Assembly: GCF_006345805.1 (NCBI RefSeq)
Contig: NC_043025.1
Location: forward strand, 8,556,001-8,620,000
Length of the DNA: 64,000 bases
From: Octopus sinensis
Taxonomy: Eukaryota
Reading direction: 5' to 3'
In this document: positions 36,931 through 49,272 of the stretch, one piece after another
Position numbering within the stretch: position 1 is the stretch's first letter
Layout: each line of letters starts with the position of its first letter
Program-made: the position numbers and the translations under genes
Notes under the pieces: model-generated
Seen by the model: only the letters and a program-made list of their open reading frames with translations
Told to the model about the DNA's origin: nothing
Database searches by the model: none

Positions 36931-37669
36931 TATATATATCTATATATATATACTCTTAGCTATCACTTGTAACTCAGTATGGTCTGGTAGCTTGTACAAA
37001 ACTTTTGCTAAATGTTCATAGGTGTCTCTAAAGTTGCAAGGAGACCCAGACAAAATCCCAAAGCTCTGACTTTAGACCCAGCAAAATATCAAGGCTGTTT
37101 ATCTGAGTAAAGGCATGCCAGCATAAAAACAAAAAAAAAAGTAAAAATACTCAAAACAATAAGAAAATTATTGTAATCTCTTGAGACATATCACAATAAC
37201 GTTGAAATGTTTTTGTACCTTTTCACCTGTATTTTATTTATCTAACATGACCTGTACAGAAATCTCTAACCATTTTTTTCTAAAGGAGCAGGCATGGCTG
37301 TGTGGTAAGAAGCTTGCTTCCCAACCACAAGGTTCCAGGTTCAGTCCCACTGTGTGGCACCTTGGGCAAGTGTTTTCTACTATAACTTCGGGGGTGGCCA
37401 AAGCCTTCTGAGTGGACTTTGGTAGACGGAAACTGAAAGAAGCCGGTCACATATATATACATGTATGTATATCTGTGTGTGTCTTTCTGTCTGTGTTTCC
37501 CTACCACCACCACCACTTGACAACCAGTGTTGGTGTGTTTGCATCCCCATGACTTAGCGGTTTGGCAAAAGATACCAATAGAATAAGTACCAGGCTTAAA
37601 AAATAAGTACTGGGTTGATTCATTCGACTAAAATTTCAAGACAGTGCCTACAGCATGACCGCAATCTAA

Positions 37670-37962
37670 TCTTTATATATAAAACTGAAGTTGTGTGAGA
37701 GTCTGTCTCCTCCGATTTAGATTCCTAACTACTCCCACATTTTGCGGTGCAGTTTCACCAAAAGTGGGTATCTTATAGTCGTGATTCATATCAAGCCCTT
37801 CTAGGTATTAGTGCGCGTCTACGATTTAAAAAAAAATTTACCATTATTTTTTTCGTTTTTTTAATGCATTTTTGCTCAGTTTTATAAGGGTAGTAACTCT
37901 CTAAAAATGCTAATATAGTTATTTCCCTTACAAACCCGAGCAACGCCGGGCGATACTGCTAG
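37670..37962 (+). mobile_element. Non-autonomous Helitron
   Basis: A|TC 5' end, subterminal hairpin cccgagcaacgccggg, CTAG|T 3' end, no target-site duplication. Confidence 0.85.
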
Positions 37963-38154
37963 TGACTGAAAAAGATAAAAGATATATATCCTCATCATCA
38001 TCGTTTAATTAATATAAATTAATTATAAGGGTTCAAACCTGGGCACATCAACACCTAAGATGCCAGAAATGGCCAGGTATGATAACATGGAGTTCACACT
38101 GTTTGATATCTCACCTGTTCGAAATTTTACCAGAAGGAGGTGGATTACACTCTC

Positions 38155-38347
38155 TCTTTTACTTGTTTCAGTCATTTGACTGTGGCCATGTTGGAGCACC
38201 GCCTTTAGTCAGGCAAATCGACCCTGGGACTTATTCTTTGGAAGCCCAGTACTTATTCTATCGGTCTCTTTTGCCGAACCGCTAAGTGATGGGGGACGTA
38301 AACACACCAGCATCGGTTGTCAAGCGATCTTGGAGGGACAAACACAG

Positions 38348-38394
<47 letters not shown>

Positions 38395-38546
38395 GCTTCT
38401 TTCAGTTTCCGTCTACCAAATCCACTCACAAGGCATTGGTCGACCCGGGGCTATAGCAGAAGACACTTGCCCAAGATGCCACGCAGTGGGACTGAACCCA
38501 GAACCATGTGGTTTGTAAGCAAGCTACTTACCACACAGCCACTCCT
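38155..38546 (-). mobile_element. SINE family A, antisense
   Basis: Reverse-complement full-length copy. Confidence 0.85.
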
Positions 38547-38789
38547 GCACAACAAGATTTTCGTCCTTGGGTAGCAACTGTTATTTCCTATTTGCTGACC
38601 CACAGAAAGTATGACAAATGGCTATTATTTCCTTCAGACTTTGCTTTTGTTATGATAGTCATTCAAGCCCCAAAGAATCCCTCTCAACACATGGCTATGA
38701 TGCTCCCCCACTACTTCTGCTCATCATCAGAGATGCACATATCATCAGCCACTAAGGGACAAGCTCAAGTGGTTAACGTCAAGCAACAG

Positions 38790-39440
38790 ACAAGCAAATC
38801 TGTGGTATTCAGCAGAATATTTGCTATAACGATATTTCTGCTTCAGCGCCGAATCTGTCTGAAATGTAATGGGAAATAGGTCAGTTTGAAAACACTGATG
38901 TCCAAGTGATAAAAGCAAAGTTTGAAGGGAATAGTAGTCATTTCCTTTGATTTCTAGATAGAAGCAAATAGGAAATAACATTTATTGGCCAAAGACAACA
39001 AACAGATCTGTGGTACTGAGCAGAATATCTGCTATAGTGCTGAATTTGTTTGAAATATAATGGAAAATAGGTTTATTTTGAAACATTGATGTCTAAGTCA
39101 CAAAAGGAAAGTTTGAAGTGAATAGTAGTCATTTCCTTTGATTTTTAGATAGGAGCAAATAGGAAATAACATTTATTGACCAAAGACAAGTAAATCTGTA
39201 CTTTTGAGCAGAATATTTACTATAATGATATTTCTGCTTCAGCGCCGATCTGTCTGAAATGTAATGGGAAATAGGCCAGTTTGAAAACATTGATGTCCAG
39301 GTTAGAAAAGCAATGTTTGAAGGGAATAGTAGCGATTTCCTTTGATTTCTAGATAGAAGCGAATAGGAAATAACACTTATTTACCAAAGACAAAAAAAAT
39401 TTCATTTTGTTACATAGGTCAGTTTTAAACCAGTGATGAC
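38790..39440. repeat. Three diverged tandem units of about 190-205 bp
   Basis: ggaaatagg..cagtttgaaaac...tttgaagggaatagtag recurs at about 38873, 39063 and 39268. Confidence 0.7.
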
Positions 39441-39609
39441 CAGGTCACAAAAGTAAAGTTATGTAACGATGTAATCTATGAATACATCAATAAAATTCTA
39501 CCGAAACAGCAGTCGTAAATTTTAAACCCCGTTTACACTCTCTTTTATATTTATACACACATATATATATATATATAGATATATATATATATTATATATA
39601 TATATATAT

Positions 39610-40222
39610 CAATCAACATCAATGGAAATTGCAGCTGTGATACCAGTGCCGGTGGTACATAAGAGAACCATCCGATCATGGCCGTTACCAGCGCCACCCC
39701 GACTGGCCTCCGTGTCGGTGGCACGTAAAAAGCACCATCCAAATCGTGGCTGTTGCCAGCCTCGCTTGGCCCCCGTGTCGGTGGCACATAAAAAGCACCA
39801 TCCGATCGTGGCTGTTTGCCAGCCTCGCCTGGCCCCCGTGTCGGTGGCACATAAAAAGCACCATCCGATCGTGGCTGTTTGCCAGCCTCGTCTGGCACCT
39901 GGGCTGGTGGAACGTAAAAAGTACCATCCGATCGTGGCTGTTGCCAGCCTCGCCTGGCCCCCGTGTCGGTGGCACATAAAAAGCACCATCCGATCGTGGC
40001 CGTTTGCCAGCCTCGTCTAGCACCTGTGCCGGTGGCACGTAAAAAGCACCCACTACACTCACAGAGTGGTTGGCGTTAGGAAGGGCATCCAGCCGTAGAA
40101 ACATTGCCAGATCAGACTGGGCCTGGTGCAGCCTTCTGGCTTCCCAGACCCCAGCTGAACAGTCCAACCCATGCTAGCATGGAAAGCGGATGCTAAACGA
40201 TGATGATGATGATGATGATGAT
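39610..40222 (+). mobile_element. RTE LINE 3' UTR copy with expanded 60-62-bp sub-repeat
   Basis: About 7 copies of aaaagcaccatccgatcgtggc...gtgYcggtggcac, then terminal block and (GAT)n. Confidence 0.82.
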
Positions 40223-40230
40223 ATATATGT

Positions 40231-40540
40231 GGAGGTGCAATGGCCCGATGGTTAGGGCAGCGGACTCGCGGTTGGAGGATCGCGGTTTCGATTCCCAGAC
40301 CGGGCATTGTGTGTGTTTATTGAGCGAAAACACCTAAAACTCCACGAGGCTCCGGCAGGGGGTGGTGGTGATCCCTGCTGTACTCTTTCGCCACAACTTT
40401 CTCCCACTCTTTCTTCTGTTGGCCTGCTTGCTTAGCCAGCAGGGTGGCATCATTTGAAGGCTAAAACAATGTGAAGCGTATTGTGACCAGCAATGTGTAA
40501 CAACATCTGATGGCCTGGTTGGTCACATGATCACGTGATA
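40231..40540 (+). mobile_element. Fourth tRNA-derived SINE family
   Basis: Head ggaggtgcaatggcccgatggttagggcagcggactcgcg...ggtttcgattccc with A and B boxes; tail gtcacatgatcacgtgata. Confidence 0.7.
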
Positions 40541-41025
40541 TATATATACATTTACATGTCTGTCCCCGGCTGACCAGTTCCATGTCAAATCGTCCAACCC
40601 ATGCCAGCATGGAAAGCAGACGTTAAACAATGATGATGATGGAGATAATGAGGATGATGATATAAGTGCAGGCTTGGTTGTGTGGTTAAGAAGTTTGCTT
40701 CCCAACCATATGGTTTCAGGTTCGGTCCCAAGTGTCTTCTACTATAGCCGCAGGACAACCAAAGAGCCTTGTGAGAGGATCTGGAAGGCCAAAGCTGAAA
40801 GAAGTCTATCTCAGCGGTGGTGCCCCAGCATAGCCGCGGCCTTCGGGCTAAAACATTTTTAAGGGTTTTTAAGGATTTTAAGGATTTTATATATGTGATT
40901 CAAATGAAATTTGACTGCTATTTCCAACACATTAAGTGATCTCATACAGGTTTGTGGCGGTGGTAGTGATGATGTGTATGTATGTGTGTGTGTGTGTGTG
41001 TTGGGGTGAGGGGTTATCCACTCAC

Positions 41026-41190
41026 CTTCAGCTCCCCAATGGTAGGCAGTTTCTTTGATGATGTGCTTTGTCGTCTCGAAGCTTTCAAAGAGGTCCCTGG
41101 TTTGCATACAGCGAGGTACTTATTGAGACAGAGACTGCTGGCCTTCAGGACGGACTTCAGGGATAACTGGCAGCTACCAACAAGGGTCGG
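41026..41190 (-). CDS. C2CD3: C2CD3 exon, 165 nt, phase 0 to 0
   Basis: tttattccag| acceptor, |gtgagt donor. PTLVGSCQLSLKSVLKASSLCLNKYLAV...TIGELK. Confidence 0.9.
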
Positions 41191-41924
41191 CTGGAATAAA
41201 AGAAGGAAGCGTAAGAGAGAGAGAGAGAGAGAGAGGGACAGGGAAGAATGAGGAGGAGGACGAAGGAAAGAAGCAAGAAATGAAGGAAAAAGAAAAAAGA
41301 AAAATGGACAGAGTGTGAAAGTGAGAGGGGGAGAGAGGGGAGAAAAAAGAGGATGAGGTGCAGAGTGAGAGAGAGAGTGAAGGAGTAGAGGGTGGGAGTG
41401 GGAGGAGAAAGAAGGAGTGAGAGTGGGAGGAGAAAGAAGGAGTGAGAGTGGGAGGAGAAAGAAGGAGTGAGAGTGGGAGGAGAAAGAAGGAGTGAGAGTG
41501 GGAGGAGAAAGAGGGAGTTAGAGTGAGAGGAAGAGTGGGAAAGAGAGGATGAAAAGGGAGAGAGGGTGGGAAAAGGGAGAAGAAAGAGGATGAGGTACAG
41601 AGTGAGAGAGAGAGGGAAGGGGAGAGGGTTGGAGAAGGGAGGAGAAAAAGGATGTGAGAGTGAGAGGAAGAGTGGGAGAAAGAGGATGAAGAGGGAGAGA
41701 GGGTGGGAGAAGTAAGAGGATGAGATGCAGAGTTAGAGAGAGAGAGAGAGAGAGAAAGTGAAGGAGGAGAGGGTTGGAGAAGGGTGAAAAAAGAGGATGA
41801 GATGTAGAGAGTGAAACAGAGAGAGGATGGAAGGGGAGAGAGGGTTGGAGGAGGGAAGAGAAAGAGGATGAGGTGCAGAGAGAGAGAGAGAGGGAGAGGA
41901 GTGGGGGAGGAGAGTCGAGCTTAC

Positions 41925-42043
41925 CGTTCTTTGCTGAGCATCTCTGAAGAAGAGTTTGAAGGTCAAGTAAGACCTCCACCAACACTCGATGGATTTTCGG
42001 TCGAAGAGAACAGGAAACACAGATCTGTGGTGGAAGAGTATGG
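41925..42043 (-). CDS. C2CD3: C2CD3 exon, 119 nt, phase 1 to 0
   Basis: ttttttccgtttcag| acceptor, |gtaagc donor. ILFHHRSVFPVLFDRKSIECWWRSYLTFKLFFRDAQQRT (FP-x-F...IE-x-WW motif). Confidence 0.92.
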
Positions 42044-42149
42044 CTGAAACGGAAAAAAAGAGAGAGAGAAAGAGAGAGGAAGGAGAGTGGGGTGAATGAA
42101 ACTGGCGGGGGGGGGTGGCGAGGGAATAAACAGACTCTTGCTCTATTCT

Positions 42150-42546
42150 TTACTCTGTTATTTCTTCCAGTCATTCGACTGCGGCCATGCTGCAGCACCG
42201 CCTTTTTAGTCGAGCAAATCGACCCCCGGGACTTATTCTTTGCAAGCCCGGTACTTATTATATCGGTCTCTTATGCTGAACCGCTATGTGACGGGGGCGT
42301 GAACGCATCAGCATCGGTTGTCAAGCGATGTTGGGAGGAGGACAAACACAGACACACAAACATACACACACACACACATATACATATATACGACAGGCTT
42401 CTTTCAGTTTCCGTCTACCAAATCCACTCACAAGGCTTTGGTCAGCCCGAGGTTATTGTAGAAGACACTTGCCCAATGTGCCACGCAGTGGGACTGAACC
42501 TGGAACCATGTGGTTCATAAGCAAGCTACTTACGACATAGCCACTG
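42150..42546 (-). mobile_element. SINE family A, antisense
   Basis: Reverse-complement full-length copy. Confidence 0.85.
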
Positions 42547-42574
42547 CTACACCTATATATATATATATATATAT

Positions 42575-42960
42575 ATCATCATCATCATCATTTAGTGTCC
42601 GCTTTCCATGCTAGCATGGGTTGGACGGTTCAACTGGGGTCTGGGAAGCCAGAAGGCTGCACCAGGCTCCAGTCTGATCTGGCAGTGTTTCTACGGCTGG
42701 ATGCCCTTCCTAATGCCAACCACTCCGTGAGTGTAGTGGGTGCTTTTTACGTGCCACCCGCACAGGTGCCAGACAAGGATGGCAAACGGCCACGGACGGA
42801 TGGTGCTTTTTACGTGCCACCGGCACGGGGGCCAGGCGAGGCTGGCAATGGCCACGATCGGATGGTGCTTTTTACGTGCCACCAGCACGGAGGCCAGTCA
42901 GGGCAGCGCTGGCAATGGTCACAGTTGGGTGGTGCTTTTTACGTGCCACTGGCACGAAGG
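42575..42960 (-). mobile_element. RTE LINE 3' UTR copy
   Basis: Same family, antisense orientation. Confidence 0.8.
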
Positions 42961-43497
42961 TACATATATACGAAGGGCTTCTTTCAGTTTCCGTCTACCA
43001 AGTCTACTCACAAGACATTGGTCAGCCCGGGGATATAGTAGAAGACACTTGCCCAAGATGCCAGGCAGTGGGACTTAACCCGGAACCATGTGGTTAGTTA
43101 GCAAGCTACTTACCACACAGCCACTCCTGCGCCTATTTACGTACATTTAGCATTTTTAATATTTATAATACAATTTGAAGTAAAGTAATTTTGTCGTAGA
43201 GAATCATGCCTTAAAATTTACACTAACTAATTCTTCATACTAACTATATAGATCTCAACAATTCAAACACGTCTTGTTGGATTTTTATCATAGACATGGC
43301 ATAAAAAAATAACCAATGTTATTTGGTGCAGGAGTGGCTGTGTGGTAAGTAGCTTGCTAACCAACCACATGGTTCCGGGTTCAGTCCCACTGCATGGCAT
43401 CTTGGGCAAGTGTCTTCTGCTATAGCCCCGGGCCAACCAATGCCTTGTAAGTGGATTTGGTAGACGGAAACTGAAAGAAGCCTGTCGTATATATGTA

Positions 43498-43552
<55 letters not shown>

Positions 43553-43790
43553 ACATGTTTGTGTGTCTGTGTTTGTCCCCCTAGCATTGCTTGACTAAAG
43601 ACGGTGCTCCAGCATGGCCGCAGTCAAATGACTGAAACAAGTAAAAGAGAGTAAAAGAGAATGTCTCCAAGGAGTGAGTGTCGTGGAGTTTAGTTACATC
43701 CCACAAACACTAAAGTTTTCCCCAAAAATACAGGGTTTTTATAACTGCTCAACTTGAATTTAAGGAATTGAAATCACATAAAAATATTCT

Positions 43791-46700
43791 TTAATTCTTT
43801 TGATACCAACCCGGCCAAAACCGGCTCTGGTTCTGTGGTAAAATGTCTTGTTTTCATAAGTTTTGAATTAAAATCTCCCACCAAACCTTAGTCACAATTT
43901 ATGTTCCTAACACTAGCTTAATGATAACTAAGTTATTCTACTAAATTCTTTGTTATATTTAAAATTAATTGAAAGAAACACAGAGCATCTCAGCAGAAAT
44001 ATTGTAACAAAAGGGTTAAGATATATAACAGAGAGAATAATTCTAAACCTTTTGATACCAACCCGGCCAAAACCGGCTCTGTTCTGTGGTAAAATGTCTT
44101 GTTTTCAAAAGTTCTGAATTAAAATCTTCCACCAAACCTTAGTCACAATTTACGTTCCTAACACTAGCTTAATGATAACTAAGTTATTCTACTAAATTCT
44201 TTGTTATACTTAAAATTAATTGAAAGAAACACAGAGCATCTCAGCAGAAATATTGTAACAAAAGGGTTAAGATATATAATAGAGAAATAATTCTTAACCC
44301 TTTTGATACCAACCGGCAAAACCGGCTCTGGTTCTGTGGTAAAATGTCTTGTTTTCATAAGTTTTGAATTAAAATCTCCCACCAAACCTTAGTCACAATT
44401 TATGTTCCTAACACTAGCTTAATGATAACTAAGTTATTCTACTAAATTCTTTGTTATACTTAAAATTAATTGAAAGAAACACAGAGCATCTCAGCAGAAA
44501 TATTGTAACAAAAGGGTTAAGATATATAATAGAGAAATAATTCTTAACCCTTTTGATACCAACCCGGCCAAAACCAGCTCTGGTTCTGTGGTAAAATGTC
44601 TTGTTTTCAAAAGTTCTGAATTAAAATCTTCCACCAAACCTTAGTCACAATTTACGTTCCTAACACTAGCTTAATGATAACTAAGTTATTCTACTAAATT
44701 CTTTGTTATACTTAAAATTAATTGAAAGAAACACAGAGCATCTCAGCAGAAATATTGTAACAAAAGGGTTAAGATATATAATAGAGAAATAATTCTTAAC
44801 CCTTTTGATACCAACCCGGCCAAAACCGGCTCTGGTTCTGTGGTAAAAATGTCTTGTTTTCATAAGTTTTGAATTAAAATCTCCCACCAAACCTTAGTCA
44901 CAATTTATGTTCCTAACACTAGCTTAATGATAACTAAGTTATTCTACTAAATTCTTTGTTATACTTAAAATTAATTGAAAGAAACACAGAGCATCTCAGC
45001 AGAATATTGTAACAAAGGGTTAAGATATATAATAGAGAAATAATTCTTAACCCTTTTGATACCAACCGGCCAAAACCGGCTCTGGTTCTGTGGTAAAATG
45101 TCTTGTTTTCAAAAGTTCTGAATTAAAATCTTCCACCCAACCTTAGTCACAATTTCGTTCCTAACACTAGCTTAATGATAACTAAGTTATTCTACTAAAT
45201 TCTTTGTTATACTTAAAATTAATTGAAAGAAACACAGAGCATCTCAGCAGAAATATTGTAACAAAAGGGTTAAGATATATAATAGAGAAATAATTCTTAA
45301 CCCTTTTGATACCAACCCGGCTCTGGTTCTGTGGTAAAATGTCTTGTTTTCATAAGTTTTGAATTAAAATCTCCCACCAAACCTTAGTCACAATTTACGT
45401 TCCTAACACTAGCTTAATGATAACTAAGTTATTCTACTAAATTCTTTGTTATACTTAAAATTAATTGAAAGAAACACAGAGCATCTCAGCAGAAATATTG
45501 TAACAAAAGGGTTAAGATATATAATAGAGAAATAATTCTTAACCCTTTTGATACCAACCCGGCCAAAACCGGCTCTGGTTCTGTGGTAAAATGTCTTGTT
45601 TTCATAAGTTTTGAATTAAAATCTCCCACCAAACCTTAGTCACAATTTATGTTCCTAACACTAGCTTAATGATAACTAAGTTATTCTACTAAATTCTTTG
45701 TTATACTTAAAATTAATTGAAAGAAACACAGAGCATCTCAGCAGAAATATTTAAACAAAGGGTTAAGATATATAATAGAGAAATAATTCTTAACCCTTTG
45801 ATACCAACCCGGCCAAAACCGGCTCTGGTTCTGTGGTAAAATGTCTTGTTTTCATAAGTTTTGAATTAAAATCTCCCACCAAACCTTAGTCACAATTTAT
45901 GTTCCTAACACTAGCTTAATGATAACTAAGTTATTCTACTAAATTCTTTGTTATACTTAAAATTAATTGAAAGAAACACAGAGCATCTCAGCAGAAATAT
46001 TGTAACAAAAGGGTTAAGATATATAATAGAGAAATAATTCTTAACCCTTTTGATACCAACCCGGCCAAAACCGGCTCTGGTTCTGTGGTAAAATGTCTTG
46101 TTTTCAAAAGTTCTGAATTAAAATCTTCCACCAAACCTTAGTCACAATTTACGTTCCTAACACTAGCTTAATGATAACTAAGTTATTCTACTAAATTCTT
46201 TGTTATACTTAAAATTAATTGAAAGAAACACAGAGCATCTCAGCAGAAATATTGTAACAAAAGGGTTAAGATATAATAGAGAAATAATTCTTAACCCTTT
46301 TGATACCAACCCGGCCAAAACCGGCTCTGGTTCTGTGGTAAAATGTCTTGTTTTCATAAGTTCTGAATTAAAATCTTCCACCAAACCTTAGTCACAATTT
46401 ACGTTCCTAACACTAGCTTAATGATAACTAAGTTATTCTACTAAATTCTTTGTTATACTTAAAATTAATTGAAAGAAACACAGAGCATCTCAGCAGAAAT
46501 ATTGTAACAAAAGGGTTAAGATATATAATAGAGAAATAATTCTTAACCCTTTTGATACCAACCTGGCTGAAACCACCTCTGGCTCTGTAGTACAAATGTC
46601 TTGTTTTCATAAGTTTTGAATTAAAATATTCCACCAAACCTTAGTCACAATTTATGTTCCTAAAACTAGCTTAATGATAACTAAGTTCTTTTACTAAATT

Positions 46701-46976
46701 CTCTGTTATTTTTTAAATAATTGAAAGAAAGACAGAGCATCTCAAATTAAAATCTCCCACCAAACAGAGCATCTCAATTAAAATCTCCCACCAAACCTTA
46801 GTCACAATTTATGTTCCTAACACTAGCTTAATGATAACTAAGTTATTCTACTAAATTCTTTGTTATACTTAAAATTAATTGAAAGAAACACAGAGCATCT
46901 CAGCAGAAATATTGTAACAAAAGGGTTAAGATATATAATAGAGAAATAATTCTTAACCCTTAACAAAAGGGTTAAC
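43791..46976. repeat. Satellite of about 251-bp units, each a piggyBac-like MITE plus a 23-bp spacer (12 full units plus partial)
   Basis: Each unit is TTAA|CCCTTTTGATAC ... GTAACAAAAGGG|TTAA; starts at 43795, 44047, 44298, 44548, 44800, 45051, 45301, 45543, 45794, 46045, 46295 and 46547. Confidence 0.85.
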
Positions 46977-47546
46977 TAATTTTCAGAATTCCTATATGAG
47001 CAGTTATTTCAACCAATGGGAAAACGACAATGATATTTCTTCGGCAATATGACATTACGTCATATTGCCATATACCACAAATTCGGCGCCATTATCTGAA
47101 AATGGCTACGTGCTACACGGCAACAGAAGACAAAGAGAAATGGCAAAACTTGGTCGTCAACAAATACCCCAATGACTCCCACAGTCAAGGGATAGGATGG
47201 ATGTGTGTGTGTGTGTGTATGTGTGCACGCATGCGCTTAAGAAGTTTGCTTGCCAACCACACAGTCCCAGGCTCAATCCTATAACGGGGTACCTTGGGGA
47301 GGGTCATCAACGAATACCCCAATGACCACACAGTCAAGAGTGGCTGTGTGGTAAGTAGCTTGCTTACCAACCACATGGTTCCGGGTTCAGTCCCACTGCG
47401 CGGCATCTTGGGCAAGTGTCTTCTACTATAGCCTGGGCTGACCAAAGCCCTGCGAGTGGATTTTGGTAGACAGAAACTGAAAGAAGCCATCGTATATATG
47501 GTATATATGTGTGTATATATGTATATATATATATATATAATATATG

Positions 47547-47578
<32 letters not shown>

Positions 47579-47717
47579 GCATGTGTGTGTCTATGTTTGT
47601 GTGTCTGTGTTTGTCCCCCGAACATCGCTTGACAACCGGTGTTGGTGTGTTTACGTCCCCAGGTGAGCAAGAAGGAAGGAAGGGCGTGTGTGTGTGTATG
47701 ATATAGAGAGGACTCAC

Positions 47718-47833
47718 TGTTTTCTTCAATTTCCTTTGATGGTGCTCGGATGACCTCTGTTGCCATGGTATTGTCAGAGTGTTTGTCCCTAGAAGCGGCC
47801 ACCACTGGAAACTTGTACTCCACAAAGTAGGAT
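47718..47833 (-). CDS. C2CD3: C2CD3 exon, 116 nt, phase 2 to 1
   Basis: ttgtcag| acceptor, |gtgagt donor. SYFVEYKFPVVAASRDKHSDNTMATEVIRAPSKEI matches the recalled FVEYHFPV...TEVVRLASSKI. Confidence 0.9.
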
Positions 47834-48065
47834 CTGACAATTTAGAAGAGAGAAGCAAAAGCATGATAAGTGTAACACACACACACACACACACATACAC
47901 ACACACATACACACACCACACACACACATACACACACACACATACACACACACACACACACTCTTCTCAGAGATGACAGTGAGAAGAAGAAAGGTAAAAC
48001 CTGGCATATACAAGCATCCTTCATGTTACACAAATATTTGAACTCACAAAAACATTACATAGGCG

Positions 48066-48475
48066 CAGGAGTGGCTATGTGGTAAGTAGCTTGTTTACTA
48101 ACCACATGGTTCCGGGTTCAGTCCCACTGCATGGCACCTTGGGCAAATGTCTTCTACTATAGCCTCGGGCCAACCAATGCCTTGTGAATGGATTTGGTAG
48201 ATGGAAAACTGAAAGAAGCTCATCATATATATGTATGTATCGTATATATATATACGTATGTGTGTTTGTCCGTCTGTGTTTGTCCCCCTAGCATTGCTTG
48301 ACAACCGATGCTGGTGTGTTTATGTCCCCATTACTTAGCGGTTCGGCAAAAGAGACCGATAGAATAAGTACTGGGCTTACAAAAGAATAAGTCCCGGGGT
48401 CGATTTGCTCGATTAAAGACAGTGCTCCAGCATGGCCACAGTCAAATGACTGAAACAAGTAAAAGAGTAGAGAGA

Positions 48476-48510
<35 letters not shown>

Positions 48511-48730
48511 TGTGTGTGTATATATTTGTGTGTCTGTGTTTGTCCCCCGAACATCGCTTGACAACCGGTGCTGGTGTGTTTACGTCTCCATAACTTAGCG
48601 GTTCAGCAAAAGAGACCGATAGAATAAGTACGAGGCTTATAAAGACTAAGTGCTGGGGGTCGATTTGCTTGACTAAAAGGCGGTGCTCCAGCATGGCCAC
48701 AGTCAAATGACTGAAACAAGTAGAAAAAGA
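48066..48730 (+). mobile_element. SINE family A with tandem-duplicated 3' half
   Basis: The segment tgtttgtccccc...gaaacaagta occurs twice, separated by (TA)n. Confidence 0.8.
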
Positions 48731-48894
48731 GAGGGTATGGATGTATGATTAAAAAGGTCACTTTGCACCCACATGCTTTCAGGGTCAGTCCTACTGTACT
48801 ACACCTTGGGCAAATGTCTTCTATTATAGTCCTTGGCTGACCAATGCCTTGCGAGTGGAATTGATACACAGAAATTGTGAGGATGCCTTTCATA

Positions 48895-49272
48895 TTTCTC
48901 TAGAAAAACGACGACGCCGTGGTGATCTCATTCTTGCTCACAACATCATAAGCGGAAAGTGTAACCTCTCGAAAGAGCTGTTCTTCACTCCTGCTCCAGA
49001 GCGTCGGCTGCAGGGTCACTCTGAAAAGCTCTATCTGTGACGATTTCATCTCAATCGAAGGAGGGGGGGCTTTCTCCGTCCGGGTTGCGGATCCATGGAA
49101 TAAGCTGCCGGACGAGATAGTGAAGATGCCGACGACCGCTCGGTTCAAAGTCTCCCTTGACCAGAAATGACCTGAACTCTTTGCATGAACACCCTCCCTG
49201 TACATAACTCCATGTCCCCCTACATGGCCTTGCTTTTTGCTTTTTGAGCCAAAAAAGTTAACTTAACTTAAC
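48895..49272 (+). mobile_element. CR1-type LINE 3' fragment with (AACTT)n tail
   Basis: LEKRRRRGDLI...RLQGHSEKL...FSVRVADPWNKLPDEIV. Confidence 0.85.

Noticed and set aside
40231-40305. Possible tRNA gene (likewise the other SINE heads)
   Set aside because: A and B boxes are present, but there is no complete cloverleaf or acceptor stem and the head continues into a SINE body.
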